From: a virus
Lineage: Duplodnaviria > Caudoviricetes
IMG/VR virus record: IMGVR_UViG_3300012987_000017
Coordinates: 1-27,533 of that record
Length of the DNA stretch: 27,533 bases
Strand: one strand, 5' to 3'
Under the pieces are notes generated by a model. It was not told the origin of the DNA, searched no databases, and saw nothing but the letters and a program-made list of their open reading frames with translations. This document shows, piece by piece, positions 1 through 9,574 of the stretch (position 1 is the stretch's first letter; each line of letters opens with the position of its first letter). Made by a program: the position numbers and the translations under genes.

Positions 1-343
1 AGCCGGCGGGGATGATGGTGCCGGGCAGGCCGCTCAGCTCGACGCCGGGCACGACCGAGCGCGTCGCCGCGAGCCGCTGACCGCCGGTCAGTTGCCAGAT
101 GGCATCCAGGAACACCCCGCCCGCGAGATTGGGGTTGATCTGGTTCGCCACGAGCGCGTTGTTGGAGAGCACCGCGGTGCGCGCGATCACCTCGGCCGTG
201 ATCATCGCGCCCTGAGGCGTGTTCGGGTCGACGACGATGTCTGCGCCGAGCGCCGCCCGGTACTCGTCCTGCACGTCGGCCAGCAGCGTCGAGGTGTCCG
301 GCACGATGGTGCCGGTGGTGGTCACATAGTCGAAGTCAGCCAT
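1..343 (-). CDS. Baseplate J-like wedge protein, N-terminal part (runs off the left end of the window)
   Basis: Not in the ORF track; translated by hand from ATG at 343: MADFDYVTTTGTIVPDTSTLLADVQDEYRAALGADIVVDPNTPQGAMITAE...NQINPNLAGGVFLDAIWQLTGGQRLAATRS...LSGLPGTIIPAG. The TPQG, A-G-FLD and GT-IPAG motifs are typical of baseplate J, and the gene follows the W-like gene. Confidence 0.85.
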   Translation of the reverse strand, partial: MADFDYVTTTGTIVPDTSTLLADVQDEYRAALGADIVVDPNTPQGAMITAEVIARTAVLSNNALVANQINPNLAGGVFLDAIWQLTGGQRLAATRSVVPGVELSGLPGTIIPAG

Positions 344-683
344 TGAGGGCCCCGGTTCCGTAGATGGTGCGAATGGTGGCGACGTACGACAGCACGCCGG
401 CCGCAGTCGAGATTGTCACCTCGTCCACCCCGAGCACGTCGGGCACGCCTTCGATAGCCCGGCGCAGGTACGCCTCGAACTGGGCCACGTTGGGCGCTCC
501 GTTCCAGACCGCGCCGAAGTTGGGCACGCCCTCGTCGACCGCATAGATCATCTCGGCGAGCTGCGTCTTCGCGGCCTGAGCGCACGAGTGCAGCACGGCC
601 TGCAGCCCCGTCGACACGTCGAGCGAGCCGGACGGCCCGATGAAAATGTCGTTGTTCTCGTCGACCGTGAGCGTGCGCGTCAT
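336..683 (-). CDS. Baseplate wedge subunit (gpW/gp25/Mu gp46-like), 115 aa
   Basis: C-terminal part of track ORF 336..920. The likely start is ATG 683 (MTRTLTVDENNDIF), which overlaps the spike stop (ATGA). Ends ...IRTIYG and lies between spike and J. Confidence 0.75.
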   Translation of the reverse strand: MTRTLTVDENNDIFIGPSGSLDVSTGLQAVLHSCAQAAKTQLAEMIYAVDEGVPNFGAVWNGAPNVAQFEAYLRRAIEGVPDVLGVDEVTISTAAGVLSYVATIRTIYGTGALNG

Positions 684-1414
684 GCCACGGGCCCTCCAGA
701 GTTGCCCGTCGGCAACGAGCCGTTCGGGTGCTTGTGCGTGCCGAACGGGATACCGTCGATGGTCACCCCGCCCGTGGAGGTCATCGCGCCATTGACCGTC
801 AGCGTGCCCGTGATCGTCGTCGGGCCCGTCAGGTTGATGGCGGGGGCCTCCACGTCGACCGAGCTGGGGCCTACCGTCACCGTCGACGTGGGGGTGCTGA
901 TCTTCACCTTGTCGGGCCACAGCGCGATCCGGACCGTTCCGTCCTCGGTCTGCAGCACGGCGTTGTCTTCGTCCTCGCCGTCGATCACCACATCGAAGGC
1001 CTTGTCGGGGTAAAACATGGCGTCCTGGAACGAGTGAAGCCGCACCGTGTTGGGTGCGTTCTCTCCGCCGCCGCCCTGCATCACCAGCGAGATGTCCCGG
1101 TCGTTGGCCTTGAGCCAGCCGAAATCGCCCGGCTTGAGCTTGAAGCTCAGCACCATGCCGCCCGCTCCGAAGCGGAAGACGGGCACACTCGCCACGCCCG
1201 CCCGGCCGATCTGCCGCCCATCCGTGGTCAGCACCCGCACGAGGGGCACCACCTGCGCGCGGTTGGCCTGCCGGTCGTACGAAACCACGCGGGCCGGCAG
1301 CATGTCGTCGACGCCCTGGAGGTGCTTCTGCAGGATCAGCTTCACCATGCCCATGATCGTGCCGTCATCGGCGGGATCACGGGAGGGCGGCGCGTGGGGT
1401 GGTTGGGTCGCCAT
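680..1414 (-). CDS. Baseplate central spike (gpV/Gp138-like)
   Basis: OB-fold-like N-terminus (LPARVVSYD...VPVFRFGAGG...KPGDFG...DRDIS), beta-repeat C-terminus and a terminal HKH metal-binding motif (FGTHKH). Confidence 0.85.
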   Translation of the reverse strand: MATQPPHAPPSRDPADDGTIMGMVKLILQKHLQGVDDMLPARVVSYDRQANRAQVVPLVRVLTTDGRQIGRAGVASVPVFRFGAGGMVLSFKLKPGDFGWLKANDRDISLVMQGGGGENAPNTVRLHSFQDAMFYPDKAFDVVIDGEDEDNAVLQTEDGTVRIALWPDKVKISTPTSTVTVGPSSVDVEAPAINLTGPTTITGTLTVNGAMTSTGGVTIDGIPFGTHKHPNGSLPTGNSGGPVA

Positions 1415-1423
1415 GGCTCGGGC

Positions 1424-2251
1424 TCAAGCCGAGCGCGTGGCCTCGGCGATGTAGTAGAAGGACGTGTCGCGCGAAGCAAGCTCGAACGACAGCTTGCTGA
1501 CAGTGTAATCGCCATCGGCCGCCGGGTTGAGCTTCGAGCGCACCCTCAGCGCGCCGCCCAGCACCGTTTGGTTGTCGAACAGCATACGCACTTTGATGCC
1601 CTGCTCCGTGAACTCGGGGATACCAATCATCCCGGTGTCAAGGTTGACCTCGCGGACGCGGTTCGCGAGCGGCGCGTTGTAATCCTTGACCACGAGCGAG
1701 CCGTCATCGACGTAGGCGTTCACCTTGCCGTAGGTGCCCAGCATCTCGACCTGTTTCGCCGCGCTGCCGGTGTAGCTGAAGTTCTGGATGTTCTTGTCCT
1801 GCGCCTGGAACACGAGGGAGAGGCCCAGGTCCGCGGCCACGCTGCGCGCAATGGCGCTCAGCGGCATGGTGCCCGGCATGGACCGCGAGATGATGTCGCC
1901 CTTCGCGTAGTCGCCCGCCTTGGCCTTGAGGGTCAGCGTGATGTCGGGCGGCTGACCGCCGGTCACGTTCGTGATGTCGCCTTGGAAGACGAGGCTGTAC
2001 CCCGTGGACACCCGGCCGGCCTCGACGATCAACAGCTTCTTCGACTTGTTCTTGTTGAACGGGCTTGTCTCGGTCAGCAGGTAGTCGCGCGTCGTCTTGT
2101 CGAGGTTGGTGATCTTCACCTCGCACTCGTTCTGGTTGGCGTTGGCGAACTTCGTGCCGCTCGCGGTCATCGCGAGGCCGTCGTACGTCTTGAGCTGGCC
2201 GTTCACCTCCACCGAGATGCGCAGCAGCCGGGGGTCAAGCTCGGCGGTCAT
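1424..2251 (-). CDS. Baseplate hub protein
   Basis: 275 aa with NECEVKITNL, VEAG, FQGDI and TGMIGIPEFT motifs as in myophage hub proteins; position immediately before the spike. Confidence 0.75.
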   Translation of the reverse strand: MTAELDPRLLRISVEVNGQLKTYDGLAMTASGTKFANANQNECEVKITNLDKTTRDYLLTETSPFNKNKSKKLLIVEAGRVSTGYSLVFQGDITNVTGGQPPDITLTLKAKAGDYAKGDIISRSMPGTMPLSAIARSVAADLGLSLVFQAQDKNIQNFSYTGSAAKQVEMLGTYGKVNAYVDDGSLVVKDYNAPLANRVREVNLDTGMIGIPEFTEQGIKVRMLFDNQTVLGGALRVRSKLNPAADGDYTVSKLSFELASRDTSFYYIAEATRSA

Positions 2252-2562
2252 GCTGCGGCACGGAGCGAGACGATCTCCGCCTCGGTCACGTAGACGAGGA
2301 ACTGCGTCACGCCGAACTGTTGCCAGTCGGGCAGTGCGTCACCGTCGGTCAGCAGCATGAGGTTGCCCGCCTCCAGGTAGCGGTACGGCAGCACGGGGGT
2401 GCCCGGGGTGAGCCGCACGCCGTCCACGACCGTTGCGCCGTCGCGCGTGAGGCTGAGCGCCATGCACCCTGCCGCCTCGTGAACGGTGATGTCGTACGGA
2501 CGCCCTTCGAGCTGGACGAAGAACTGCTGATTCGGCACGGCGGCCAGCGCGACGTCCATCAT
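2248..2562 (-). CDS. Small baseplate/tail protein (104 aa)
   Basis: VPNQQF...FGVTQFLVY pattern; ATGA-coupled on both sides within the baseplate module. Confidence 0.65.
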   Translation of the reverse strand: MMDVALAAVPNQQFFVQLEGRPYDITVHEAAGCMALSLTRDGATVVDGVRLTPGTPVLPYRYLEAGNLMLLTDGDALPDWQQFGVTQFLVYVTEAEIVSLRAAA

Positions 2563-3077
2563 TTGAAGAGCCCCGAGAGGACCGAGCCGCGCTTCTCAGG
2601 CGTGGGCGTCGGCTGCTGCTGGCCGCGCTTGGCGGTGTCGGAGTCCTTCGGCCGCGCGACCTTGGACGGCGGCAGCGCGGAGAACTGCGCCTGCACGAGA
2701 CGGGCTTCCTTCAACGACAGCTGCATCGTGATGCCGTCGAACACGTCCGTGGTCTCCTCGTGCGGCATCTTTTCGATGAGCATGTTCGAGAACGACGCGA
2801 CACGAGTCTGCACCGTCAGCAGCTCGCCGCGGTTGAACAGGTTCTCCACCTGCTGGTAGACGGCCTTGTAGTCAGCGGACGAGAGGATCAGCCCAAGGTC
2901 GACCGTATTGGGGTTGATGATCCGGTGATCGATGATCGTCGCGCCCGTCTCCAGTGGGTGCTCCATGGCCCGCGAGGTGCGCCCCACGCTGGCCTTGATC
3001 GCCCGCGCACGCGCGAAGACCTGGGAGAAGTCCGCCGCGAGCACGGCGACCACGTCCTGCGCGTTTGTGGGCGTCAT
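2559..3077 (-). CDS. Dit-like / tail tube initiator protein (172 aa)
   Basis: C-terminal part of track ORF 2559..3569. Start ATG 3077 (MTPTNAQDVV) overlaps the TMP stop. EHPLETGATIIDH motif; directly downstream of the tape measure gene. Confidence 0.7.
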   Translation of the reverse strand: MTPTNAQDVVAVLAADFSQVFARARAIKASVGRTSRAMEHPLETGATIIDHRIINPNTVDLGLILSSADYKAVYQQVENLFNRGELLTVQTRVASFSNMLIEKMPHEETTDVFDGITMQLSLKEARLVQAQFSALPPSKVARPKDSDTAKRGQQQPTPTPEKRGSVLSGLFK

Positions 3078-4651
3078 GCTGCCACCCCGTCGTCGTACTG
3101 GCTCGCCGCCTGCGTCATCTGAGATTGCAGGTTGCTGCCGATGGCCTTGCTGATGCCCTGGGCGTCGGATGCCTGCGTGTGCACCTCGACCTTGCCGACC
3201 TGCACGTTCGTGCTCTTGCTGACCTGCTTCGCGTTGTTGATGCTGTTGGAGGTCTGCCCCGCCATGGGGCTCGCCGCTGCCGCGCCAAGCTGCGACTGCC
3301 CCGCGGCAACCGCCTGCGCTGTGACCGCGCTGCCCGCATCGCCGCTCTCGCCGCCCAGACCCACGAGGGACTTCGCCTTCTCCCAGCCGGAGGCGATTGC
3401 GTTGATGGCCCCCATGACCGAGTCGACGATGCCCTGCCAGATGCTTGCGATGAATTCGCCGGCCGCCTGCATCGCCGCCATGAGTCCCTCGGTGAACGCC
3501 TGGAAGGCGGCGGCCGGGTCGTTCCACACGTCGACGAGGAACCCCGCCACGGACTTGATGACTTCCCACGTGGTCATGAACGCCGCGCCGACGGCCTTCA
3601 CCACCTCGCCGATCATCGGGTACTTCTCCAGGATCTGGCCGATCAAGGAATCGTTCCCGTCGATGAAGTTCATGACGTCGTCGTACAGCAGCGCGAACGC
3701 GACGGCCACGGCTGCGAGGATGGCCGCCAGGGCGATGAACGGGGCGAACGCTGCCACCGTGGCGATGGCGAGGCTGATCATCGGGGGGATCGCGAAATAG
3801 GCGATGGCCGCACCGATGGCGATGAAAAGCCCCTTGATGAAGTCGGCGTGCTTGCGCATCCAGATAGCCACCTGCTGGAACTTCTCCGCCATCCAGGTGA
3901 GGGGCGGCAGCACGTACTCGGACACGCCCAGCAGGATCGAACGGAACGCGTGCCGTGTGTCGTCGAGCTGGTCATTGAACTCCGCGGCGATCTTGCCTTG
4001 CTCGGCCGTGACCACGCCGAGTTCCTTCTCTTTCTGCAGCAGCTCTTCCACCTCGCGGCGGCCCTGTCGAAGCGTCATGATCGTGGCTTGGTCCAAGCCT
4101 AGCCGCGAGCCCAGGGAGATGGCCTTTTGCGCGCTCAGGCCGGCGAACGAGTCGGCCAGCTCGGGGAGGAAGTCCATCGCGGACTTGCCCTTGTTCTTCG
4201 CGTCCTCCAGGTCGATTCCCAGCTCTTTGAGGAATGGCGCGGCGCGGGACTTGCCCGTCACCTCGACCTGCGCGAGTTGTTTGTTGAACGCCTCGATACT
4301 GCCGGCGAACGCATCCGTGCTGCCGCCCGCCTTCTTCGTGAGGTCGCCCCACACCGACAGCGTTTCCACGCTCGTGTCCAGACGCTCGGCCGTCTCGTCG
4401 AGATGGTCGGCCGCGTCGCTGGCCTCCAGCACCGCGTGCGTGAGCGCGGCGAATCCAACCGTGGCTGCGGCGGCAGCGGCGAGCCCCGCCAGCGCGCCCA
4501 CGAGCGACTTGCCCAGACCCCCGGCAACCACGTCCGTGGCCTTGAGGTCCTTCTGCAGGTCGTCGGTCTTCTTCTTCGAGTCGGTCAGCCCCTTGTCCAG
4601 CTTGGAGGCGTCCGACTCGAAGAGGATGAAGAAGCTGTCTAGGATGCTCAC
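3074..4651 (-). CDS. Tail tape measure protein (525 aa)
   Basis: Ala-rich helical protein with hydrophobic segments and spaced W/F residues; follows tube and chaperone genes; its GTG start overlaps the GT stop. Confidence 0.9.
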   Translation of the reverse strand: MSILDSFFILFESDASKLDKGLTDSKKKTDDLQKDLKATDVVAGGLGKSLVGALAGLAAAAAATVGFAALTHAVLEASDAADHLDETAERLDTSVETLSVWGDLTKKAGGSTDAFAGSIEAFNKQLAQVEVTGKSRAAPFLKELGIDLEDAKNKGKSAMDFLPELADSFAGLSAQKAISLGSRLGLDQATIMTLRQGRREVEELLQKEKELGVVTAEQGKIAAEFNDQLDDTRHAFRSILLGVSEYVLPPLTWMAEKFQQVAIWMRKHADFIKGLFIAIGAAIAYFAIPPMISLAIATVAAFAPFIALAAILAAVAVAFALLYDDVMNFIDGNDSLIGQILEKYPMIGEVVKAVGAAFMTTWEVIKSVAGFLVDVWNDPAAAFQAFTEGLMAAMQAAGEFIASIWQGIVDSVMGAINAIASGWEKAKSLVGLGGESGDAGSAVTAQAVAAGQSQLGAAAASPMAGQTSNSINNAKQVSKSTNVQVGKVEVHTQASDAQGISKAIGSNLQSQMTQAASQYDDGVAA

Positions 4652-4890
4652 GACTTGCCCTTGTTCTTCGCGTGCTCGATGGCTAGGCGTTCGTTTTCCT
4701 GGGTCACCGCGATGATCTCCCAGAGGTCGAACGCGTCTTCAAGCGTGTAGACGGTCTTCAGCTCGTGGAGGCTGGCTTTGCCGGCCGCGACGATTGCGCC
4801 TGCAAATCCGTCAACATTCTCGAAACCAACGTGGGGACTTTCTGGGCGACGGCCTCGAAGAAAGTGGAGGCGACGCCGTTCGCGAAAAAA
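4648..4890 (-). CDS. -1 frameshift extension of the tail assembly chaperone (T part of G-T)
   Basis: The -1 frame from slippery T TTT TTC (4890-4884) is open to TGA 4650-4648: ...FRERRRLHFLRGRRPESPHVGFENVDGFAGAIVAAGKASLHELKTVYTLEDAFDLWEIIAVTQENERLAIEHAKNKGKS*. Confidence 0.75.
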   Translation of the reverse strand, partial: FFRERRRLHFLRGRRPESPHVGFENVDGFAGAIVAAGKASLHELKTVYTLEDAFDLWEIIAVTQENERLAIEHAKNKGKS

Positions 4891-5198
4891 CTGCAGTTGT
4901 ACTCCAGCATCGCCATTTCGATGCGGCCGAGCGTCTCCCAGGAGTCGACGTGGTTGTCGACGAGGGCGCGCGTCGTGAGCTGCAGGGCCGTGCCGTCCTC
5001 GCGGGGGACGGCCACGTAGGCCATGAGCTTGAGCATCGTCTCTTCGCTCACGCCGTAATCGCCCAGCTTCGGTAGGGCGGACAGCGGGTACTTTGCGATG
5101 ATTTCGCGCCCCGCGATGGCGGGGAACTTCGACAGCACGAAGGTCTTTTCGCCCCCGTCTTGCGTCTTGATCTGGACTTCCTTGGGCTGCAGCATCAC
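4758..5198 (-). CDS. Tail assembly chaperone (G-like)
   Basis: 146 aa between tube and TMP; contains an in-frame slippery heptamer at YNCSFF. Confidence 0.8.
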   Translation of the reverse strand: MMLQPKEVQIKTQDGGEKTFVLSKFPAIAGREIIAKYPLSALPKLGDYGVSEETMLKLMAYVAVPREDGTALQLTTRALVDNHVDSWETLGRIEMAMLEYNCSFFANGVASTFFEAVAQKVPTLVSRMLTDLQAQSSRPAKPASTS

Positions 5199-5199
5199 G

Positions 5200-5640
5200 T
5201 CACCCGTTCATGTTCTCGAAGGCGAAGGCGTACGTCTTCGACTTCAGGCGGCCGGCGCTCGACGGGCTGTTGGCCGGCGGGCCGTCCGTGATCGCGCCGG
5301 AGGTGAAGTTCTTCGTCTTGCCGTCCGGGTAGACGGCAGTGAAGGTGATCACGTCGCGCGCGCCTTGCTTGCCCTTGCCGACGCGGTTCGCTTCGAGCAG
5401 GGCGGAGAGGTTCTTGTCGTCGTCGCTGTTCGGGATAACCGACAGGTTGACGATGATCGGATTCGCCTTGCTCCAGGTGATGAGGTCGCCATTGACCCCC
5501 ATCGCCTTGTCGCGGATCTGGATCGAGGGCGTGTCGAAGGGGTCCGCGTCGTCCGCGAACTGCGTGATGTTGACGCCGGACGGGAAGGTCTCCGACGCGA
5601 CGACCTGGACCCGGAGGCCAAATACTGAGATGTCAGGCAT
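5200..5640 (-). CDS. Tail tube protein
   Basis: 146 aa directly after the sheath; [10 protein letters not shown] and MGVNGDL motifs and a terminal YAFAFE strand. Confidence 0.8.
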   Translation of the reverse strand: MPDISVFGLRVQVVASETFPSGVNITQFADDADPFDTPSIQIRDKAMGVNGDLITWSKANPIIVNLSVIPNSDDDKNLSALLEANRVGKGKQGARDVITFTAVYPDGKTKNFTSGAITDGPPANSPSSAGRLKSKTYAFAFENMNG

Positions 5641-5656
5641 GGTGTTCCCCGTGCGT

Positions 5657-7162
5657 TTAGATCAGGATGTGGGAGCCCTCGACCTTGCGGATCGCGTCGT
5701 CCTTGGAGTAGATGAGGGTGTAGACGGCCTTCCATTCGGTTCGGCTGTCCACGGTCGTGTAGCTCTGCAGCACCACGTCCACCCAGTAGCCGAGGCGGAA
5801 GACCTGCTGCCACGCGAGTTCATCGTTGGTCAGGTTGGTGATGTAGAGCTTCTGCGTCGTCGTGAGCGGCTTGCCGACGCTGATCGTCCCGTTGAACGTC
5901 GCTTGCGTGATCACGGATTGGATGATCGCCAGGAGCTGACTGCGCCCCGTAGCGTTGGCGGACACGCGGGCCAGCGACAGCAGCAGGCCCATGATGGCCG
6001 CGCCCATCGCATCCTTGAGCCACGCTTCATTGGCGTAGACGTTGATGTCGACCGGGTCCGTCGCGAGGCCCATCATCACGCCGCGCTGATAGAAGTCCAG
6101 GAATTGGCCGGCGGTCTGGGTGCGCCCGTAGTAGTTGACCCGGTTCGCGTCCATCGTGTCGGCCACGCTGTCAGACGACACCGAGGGCGTCAGCGCCGCG
6201 ATCTGGAACATGTAGTTCTGCACGCTGTTGCGCCGGCTGTAGTCGGTCGCAGCGAGCACCGCAGCGGGCAGCAGCTCGGGGAACTCGGTCGCCAGCGGGG
6301 CGAGCGTGACGGCCACGCCGGACAGGCCCTTCAGCGCCGCGTACGTGGTCGCCGCGTCGGCCGCCTGGATGGGAACGAGGTAGATGAACTTCACGTTGTA
6401 CGTGTCATTCTGCAGGGCCACCGCGGCGATCTGGTCGGCGGTGAGCGTCGGGATGAAGGCGAACGAGCCGAAGTTGTCCGTCGCCGAGGCGCTGCGGATG
6501 AAGGCGTCGAGCGGCTGTTCGGCGGCCACGCCGGGCGAGAAGATCGCGCCGCCGTTCCAGCCCAGCAGGGCGCGGATGTCCGTCCCCGTGCCCGGCGCAG
6601 CCGTGGCGACTGCCGCGACCCCCGGCGTGCCGCCGACCAGCTCGAAGCGCTGCGCTACCGCGTTGTAAGTCACCGTCGCGCCGGTCCAGTTGGCACCGCC
6701 CGCCACCACAGCCTGGATGGCGGTCTGCAGGATGCTTGCGACCTGCGAGAGGGATGCCGCCGCGGCGAAGTTGATGCCCGTCACGTCGGCGGTGTACGTG
6801 CCGATGGTGAGCTTGAGCGCGCCGGTCGTAATGGGGGTGAAGGACGAGACGAGCCGGGCGGCCGAGGAACCGTAGATGCGCGCCGCGGCGACGGCGTCGG
6901 CGTAACGCGAGAAACTGATCTTCTTCGCGTTGGTGATGAGCTTCGAGATGAACCCGAAGTAGAAGACGGCGCGTGCGTACTCAGGCGACGAGGTGCCGAA
7001 GTAGGCCCCGACCGAGTCGGCGCTCGTCATCTCCAGCACGCCGTCAGCGGGCACGAGAGGCGACGTGGAGAAGAGGCGCAGGATCAGGTCGCGCGTGCGG
7101 ACGGCGACGCCCCCGCCGACCCCGCTCACGATGTCGACATAGCGCTTGAAGGAAATCGTCAT
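5657..7162 (-). CDS. Contractile tail sheath protein (DUF3383-like)
   Basis: 501 aa; [12 protein letters not shown] and NYYG motifs, C-terminal [17 protein letters not shown]; synteny. Confidence 0.9.
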   Translation of the reverse strand: MTISFKRYVDIVSGVGGGVAVRTRDLILRLFSTSPLVPADGVLEMTSADSVGAYFGTSSPEYARAVFYFGFISKLITNAKKISFSRYADAVAAARIYGSSAARLVSSFTPITTGALKLTIGTYTADVTGINFAAAASLSQVASILQTAIQAVVAGGANWTGATVTYNAVAQRFELVGGTPGVAAVATAAPGTGTDIRALLGWNGGAIFSPGVAAEQPLDAFIRSASATDNFGSFAFIPTLTADQIAAVALQNDTYNVKFIYLVPIQAADAATTYAALKGLSGVAVTLAPLATEFPELLPAAVLAATDYSRRNSVQNYMFQIAALTPSVSSDSVADTMDANRVNYYGRTQTAGQFLDFYQRGVMMGLATDPVDINVYANEAWLKDAMGAAIMGLLLSLARVSANATGRSQLLAIIQSVITQATFNGTISVGKPLTTTQKLYITNLTNDELAWQQVFRLGYWVDVVLQSYTTVDSRTEWKAVYTLIYSKDDAIRKVEGSHILI

Positions 7163-7171
7163 GATGGCCCC

Positions 7172-7714
7172 TTAGACCCGGTGAATATTGGCGTCGTACG
7201 TGACGACCGTCGGGACGGTCGCCGCAAGGACTCGGAAGTGCGTCACGACGATGTCGAAGGACGGCACCGCCTCGAACCTGTCGCGGTCATCCACGACGAA
7301 CGGGTTTCGCACTTCGGTGACTCGTTGGAGCCCCACGCCTGCAGCCCTGAACGCTTGAACGACCGTGTCGGACTGGATGATACCGGAAACGGTGTTCAGA
7401 ACATCCGACTCTGTGGGCGCGGTGGCTTGCGCAGGATCCTGCGGCACCCACGCGTCGAACTGGATCGTCGTCTCGTACTGCTGGCGCAGCTCGTGGTCGA
7501 ACACCTCGCCCGCCTCGTTGAACAGGTCGAACCGCTTCGGCCAACCATAGCGCTTGTCGCCGACCTTGAAGAAGAACAGCGCCGCGCCGCTGGGCGTGCC
7601 TGCTTGCCGCGGTTGGAACGAGCGTGCGAGCTGAACGCCGGCCGTCTCGGGGTACAGCGCGAACTGCGGAAGCAGCGTCGAGCGGATGAGGGCGAAAAGG
7701 GCCTTGTCGTTCAT
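7172..7714 (-). CDS. Neck / tail terminator protein (180 aa)
   Basis: Start ATG 7714 (MNDKALFAL), ATGA overlap with the upstream gene; last neck gene before the sheath. Confidence 0.65.
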   Translation of the reverse strand: MNDKALFALIRSTLLPQFALYPETAGVQLARSFQPRQAGTPSGAALFFFKVGDKRYGWPKRFDLFNEAGEVFDHELRQQYETTIQFDAWVPQDPAQATAPTESDVLNTVSGIIQSDTVVQAFRAAGVGLQRVTEVRNPFVVDDRDRFEAVPSFDIVVTHFRVLAATVPTVVTYDANIHRV

Positions 7715-8082
7715 GGCGAAGGCACCTCGATGCACAGCATCCGCTTCCAGCCGTCGGCGGTGGTCCAGTCCATGTCGCTCTGGCACTCCCAGAACCGGCC
7801 GCCGTACTCGATGATGTCGCCGCGCCGGTCACGCGACAGGGGCTGCACCGCCGCGGAGGTCCAGAGACGCGAGTAGCTCTTCTCGAACGTCAGGCCCAGT
7901 TGCTGGTACTGGTCCTTGTTCACCGGCTGCATCGAGCCCGTGATTCCGACCGGGTCCGCGTAGGTGTCCACGTAGTCGCCGGCCGGACCGATGACGCGGC
8001 CGGTCCAGGCGCGCCACTGCGGGGCCTGCCGGGCGATGGGCCCCATCGCGAGGTTGAGTAGGTTCGAGCCAGGGACGATCAT
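7711..8082 (-). CDS. Head closure / head-tail joining protein (123 aa)
   Basis: C-terminal part of track ORF 7711..8352; start ATG 8082 (MIVPGSNLL); GSMQPV, GDIIEYGGRFW and DW...GW motifs. Confidence 0.7.
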   Translation of the reverse strand: MIVPGSNLLNLAMGPIARQAPQWRAWTGRVIGPAGDYVDTYADPVGITGSMQPVNKDQYQQLGLTFEKSYSRLWTSAAVQPLSRDRRGDIIEYGGRFWECQSDMDWTTADGWKRMLCIEVPSP

Positions 8083-8570
8083 TTCTTGGTCACCTGAGAC
8101 GTGAGCGTGGCGAGCATCAGCCCGGTATCCACGAGGGGCTTCGCGATGCTGGCCTTCGCGCCCTTCCCTTTGTTGGCGAGACGGCGCTTGCGCGCGGCCA
8201 CGGTCTTGGGCGACAGCGCGGGCGCGGTCAGCTTCGTGATCGCCACGCGCACGTTGCCTTCCGCGGCCAGCGCGAGGCCTTCCATCACAGCGTCCGGCGC
8301 GATCTCTCCGCGCATGGCGGCCCGCGAGAGGCCTGCCGCGGTCTTCGCCCACGACTCCGACTTCTCGGCCGCTGTGGGGCGCATGAACGGGCGCGCGGGA
8401 ATGCTGTGCTTGGGGCTCCCGTGTTCCTGCACGAACGCCACGCCTGCTACGGGCTGGCCGCCCTCATAGCGCGCCGACTCGAACCAGCCCACCTTGCCCT
8501 CGGCGTTGCCCAGGGCCTTGACCGTGGCGGTGATCGCCGCGCGCTCCCCGCCCTTGCGCGTGATCTTCAT
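8079..8570 (-). CDS. Neck / tail completion protein (HK97 gp10-like), 163 aa
   Basis: C-terminal part of track ORF 8079..9077; start ATG 8570; EHG...IPARPFMRPT and KPLVDTG motifs. Confidence 0.75.
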   Translation of the reverse strand: MKITRKGGERAAITATVKALGNAEGKVGWFESARYEGGQPVAGVAFVQEHGSPKHSIPARPFMRPTAAEKSESWAKTAAGLSRAAMRGEIAPDAVMEGLALAAEGNVRVAITKLTAPALSPKTVAARKRRLANKGKGAKASIAKPLVDTGLMLATLTSQVTKK

Positions 8571-9040
8571 CGGAACCCCCGATTCGGTCCGAAGCCGCCG
8601 CCCACACGGCGGAAGGCGTAGCGCTCGGGCAGGCCGCCGAAGTACGCGCCGCCGACTGCCTGCGCCTCCAGGAGCGCGAGAAGCTGCTGCCCGTAGGGCG
8701 ACTGGTTGAGCCAGAAGCGCCACGAGCTGGTGCCGTACGGCGGCGCGGCGAGCGTCACCTGCACGTCGCCCACCTTGGAGCCCACGGCGATGCCGCCCGA
8801 GCCCGTGTAGGTGCCGCCGTTCGCCACGACGAGGTCGAGCCACAGCAGATGCGCCGTCATCAGGTAGAGCGCGGAGCGGCGCACGGCCTCGGTCATGTCG
8901 CCGCAGGTCACGACAGGCGAGATGAAGCCCGTCGCGAGATCGAACTTCAGTTGGATCAACTCGTCCGGGAACTTGAGCGGGTCCGCGAACTGAGGGAAGG
9001 TCGCGCGGAAAGCCGTGATGTCGAGTGTGATCGTGGTCAT
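8567..9040 (-). CDS. Head-tail adaptor (DUF4054-like)
   Basis: FRATFPQFAD, LMTAHL and NQSPYGQQ motifs; first neck gene. Confidence 0.8.
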   Translation of the reverse strand: MTTITLDITAFRATFPQFADPLKFPDELIQLKFDLATGFISPVVTCGDMTEAVRRSALYLMTAHLLWLDLVVANGGTYTGSGGIAVGSKVGDVQVTLAAPPYGTSSWRFWLNQSPYGQQLLALLEAQAVGGAYFGGLPERYAFRRVGGGFGPNRGFR

Positions 9041-9057
9041 TCAGCGCCCCAGGATGA

Positions 9058-9090
9058 GAAAAGCCGGGCACCCTCACGGGCCCCGGCCTT
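9058..9090 (-). terminator. Probable intrinsic terminator
   Basis: Minus strand GCCGGG(G)CCC-GTGA-GGG(TG)CCCGGC-TTTTCT: interrupted GC stem, GNRA loop, short U tract. Confidence 0.55.
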
Positions 9091-9111
9091 CAGTGTACCG
9101 CGCGGCGCGGC

Positions 9112-9525
9112 TTACTTGCGCTTGGGCTTGGCCGCCGCACCCGTCGTCGGGGCCGGGTCGTCGTCCGTGCCCTGGAAGTCGGCGTCCGTCAGCGGGGCCG
9201 AGCGGTCCTGCCGCTCCATGTCGGCCGCGATCTTTTCGGCGTCGACGCCGTCGCTCTCCAGCGTCTTGACGTAGCCGTTGCGCGTGTGGAGCTGGAAGAC
9301 TTTGTTGGCGTTCAGGTACTCCAGTTGCGCGGCGGTGACCTCGGTCGCCACGCCCTGCGGGGTGATCAGCCGGTCATTGGCGAGGCCCGCGCCACCCTTG
9401 ACGAGGACGCCCTCGTGGCCGTCGACCGTGACGGGCAGCGGGAGGTCGTTGCCGCTGTCGGTGTTGTGGTTGGTGTAGAGGTTGTCGCTCGTGAGCGTCG
9501 AGACGACGTAAAGCTTCTTTGACAT
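9112..9525 (-). CDS. Hypothetical head-module protein (137 aa)
   Basis: Start ATG 9525 (MSKKLYVV) with AGGAG RBS; lies between the major capsid and adaptor genes. Confidence 0.7.
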   Translation of the reverse strand: MSKKLYVVSTLTSDNLYTNHNTDSGNDLPLPVTVDGHEGVLVKGGAGLANDRLITPQGVATEVTAAQLEYLNANKVFQLHTRNGYVKTLESDGVDAEKIAADMERQDRSAPLTDADFQGTDDDPAPTTGAAAKPKRK

Positions 9526-9574
9526 GGGTTCTTCTCCTGCAGGGAGTGGGGTAGTTGAGCGGTCAGTGTGCCAG

